Positions 63,834-64,000 of a DNA stretch of 64,000 nt are shown in pieces. Source of the stretch: Acidobacteriaceae bacterium. Lineage in GTDB: Bacteria; Acidobacteriota; Terriglobia; Terriglobales; Acidobacteriaceae. The notes below the pieces were generated by a model that was not told where the DNA came from, ran no database searches, and saw only the letters and a list, made by a program, of their open reading frames with translations. Position 1 is the first letter of the stretch. Each line of letters begins with the position of its first letter. The stretch is taken from contig PKUV01000160.1 of NCBI GenBank assembly GCA_003131315.1, forward strand, positions 59,804-123,803, written 5' to 3'. The translations under genes were made by a program, and so were the position numbers.

Positions 63834-64000
63834 TTAGTCTGCCCTCTTCCTCAGCGCCCTTTCATAGCGCCCCATCACTTCCTTTCGCAGCTTTACTGCC
63901 TTGGCGCGATCCGGAACGTGACTCGGCATTCGCCGACACTCCCGGATGGTGGCTTCTAAACCCGCGAGAAATGCTTGGCACGGGTCGCAACCCTCTAAAT
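63834..64000 (-). CDS. putative zf-HC2 anti-sigma factor, C-terminal part; N-terminus lies off the window
   Basis: The minus-strand frame, open to the window edge, reads LEGCDPCQAFLAGLEATIRECRRMPSHVPDRAKAVKLRKEVMGRYERALRKRAD followed by a stop. It has a CxxC context. Confidence 0.4.
   Translation of the reverse strand, partial: LEGCDPCQAFLAGLEATIRECRRMPSHVPDRAKAVKLRKEVMGRYERALRKRAD

Noticed and set aside
1-64000. A search for defence systems (restriction-modification, CBASS, retrons, toxin-antitoxin, Cas), secondary-metabolite synthases or phage structural genes
   Set aside because: I saw no nuclease, methylase, reverse-transcriptase, cyclase, PKS/NRPS or capsid/terminase-like motifs in any well-supported ORF. 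Apart from the mobile-element remnants, the novelty here appears to be metabolic.

Overview
This 64-kb window is a moderately GC-rich bacterial chromosome segment. The gene content looks Acidobacteria-like: two ~1,150-aa TonB-dependent receptors with N-terminal carboxypeptidase-regulatory-like domains, and many exported hydrolases. That taxonomic call is inference only. I found no rRNA, intact tRNA or CRISPR array. The window is a mosaic of three functional blocks separated by mobile-element or deletion scars. (1) 1-1.9 kb holds IS21 (istB) and IS1380-like transposase remnants. (2) 1.9-18.5 kb is an exported peptide/amino-acid utilisation locus. It contains four paralogous S10 serine carboxypeptidases around a TonB-dependent receptor, an M61-like peptidase with a PDZ domain, an exported amidohydrolase, a Tat-signal PLP enzyme, an exported RidA, and a cytoplasmic RidA plus YheO-like regulator. 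(3) 18.5-19.6 kb holds decayed efflux-gene fragments. (4) 19.6-54.7 kb is a very large, almost purely hydrolytic catabolic supercluster that I cannot assign to any described pathway. It contains a CitF-like CoA-transferase, a citryl-CoA-lyase-like protein, a hydantoinase-like enzyme, and a diverged tandem duplication of an [amidohydrolase / triple-RidA fusion / Amidohydro_2 / MFS] module flanking an M29/NicX-like gene. It also contains HyuA/HyuB, a CaiB-type CoA-transferase, a GntR regulator, an HMG-CoA-lyase-like protein, an isochorismatase-like amidase, a second TonB-dependent receptor, two Tat-signal M24 creatinase/prolidase-like paralogs, more Amidohydro_2 genes, an SCP2-like protein and a cytochrome c. 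(5) 54.8-55.6 kb holds an IS66 remnant, a tRNA-Ser 3' fragment (att-like) and an integrase N-terminal remnant. (6) 55.8-64 kb holds a translationally coupled OsmC-TolC-MFP-RND-DUF2892 operon, then a Cys-rich rhodanese, a TlpA-like thioredoxin and a partial zf-HC2 anti-sigma factor. The most unusual items are two paralogous ~390-aa proteins made of three fused RidA/YjgF domains (a single-chain pseudo-trimer lacking the catalytic Arg) and the duplicated gene module and hydrolase supercluster around them. All family calls come from by-eye motif recognition. No database search was run.
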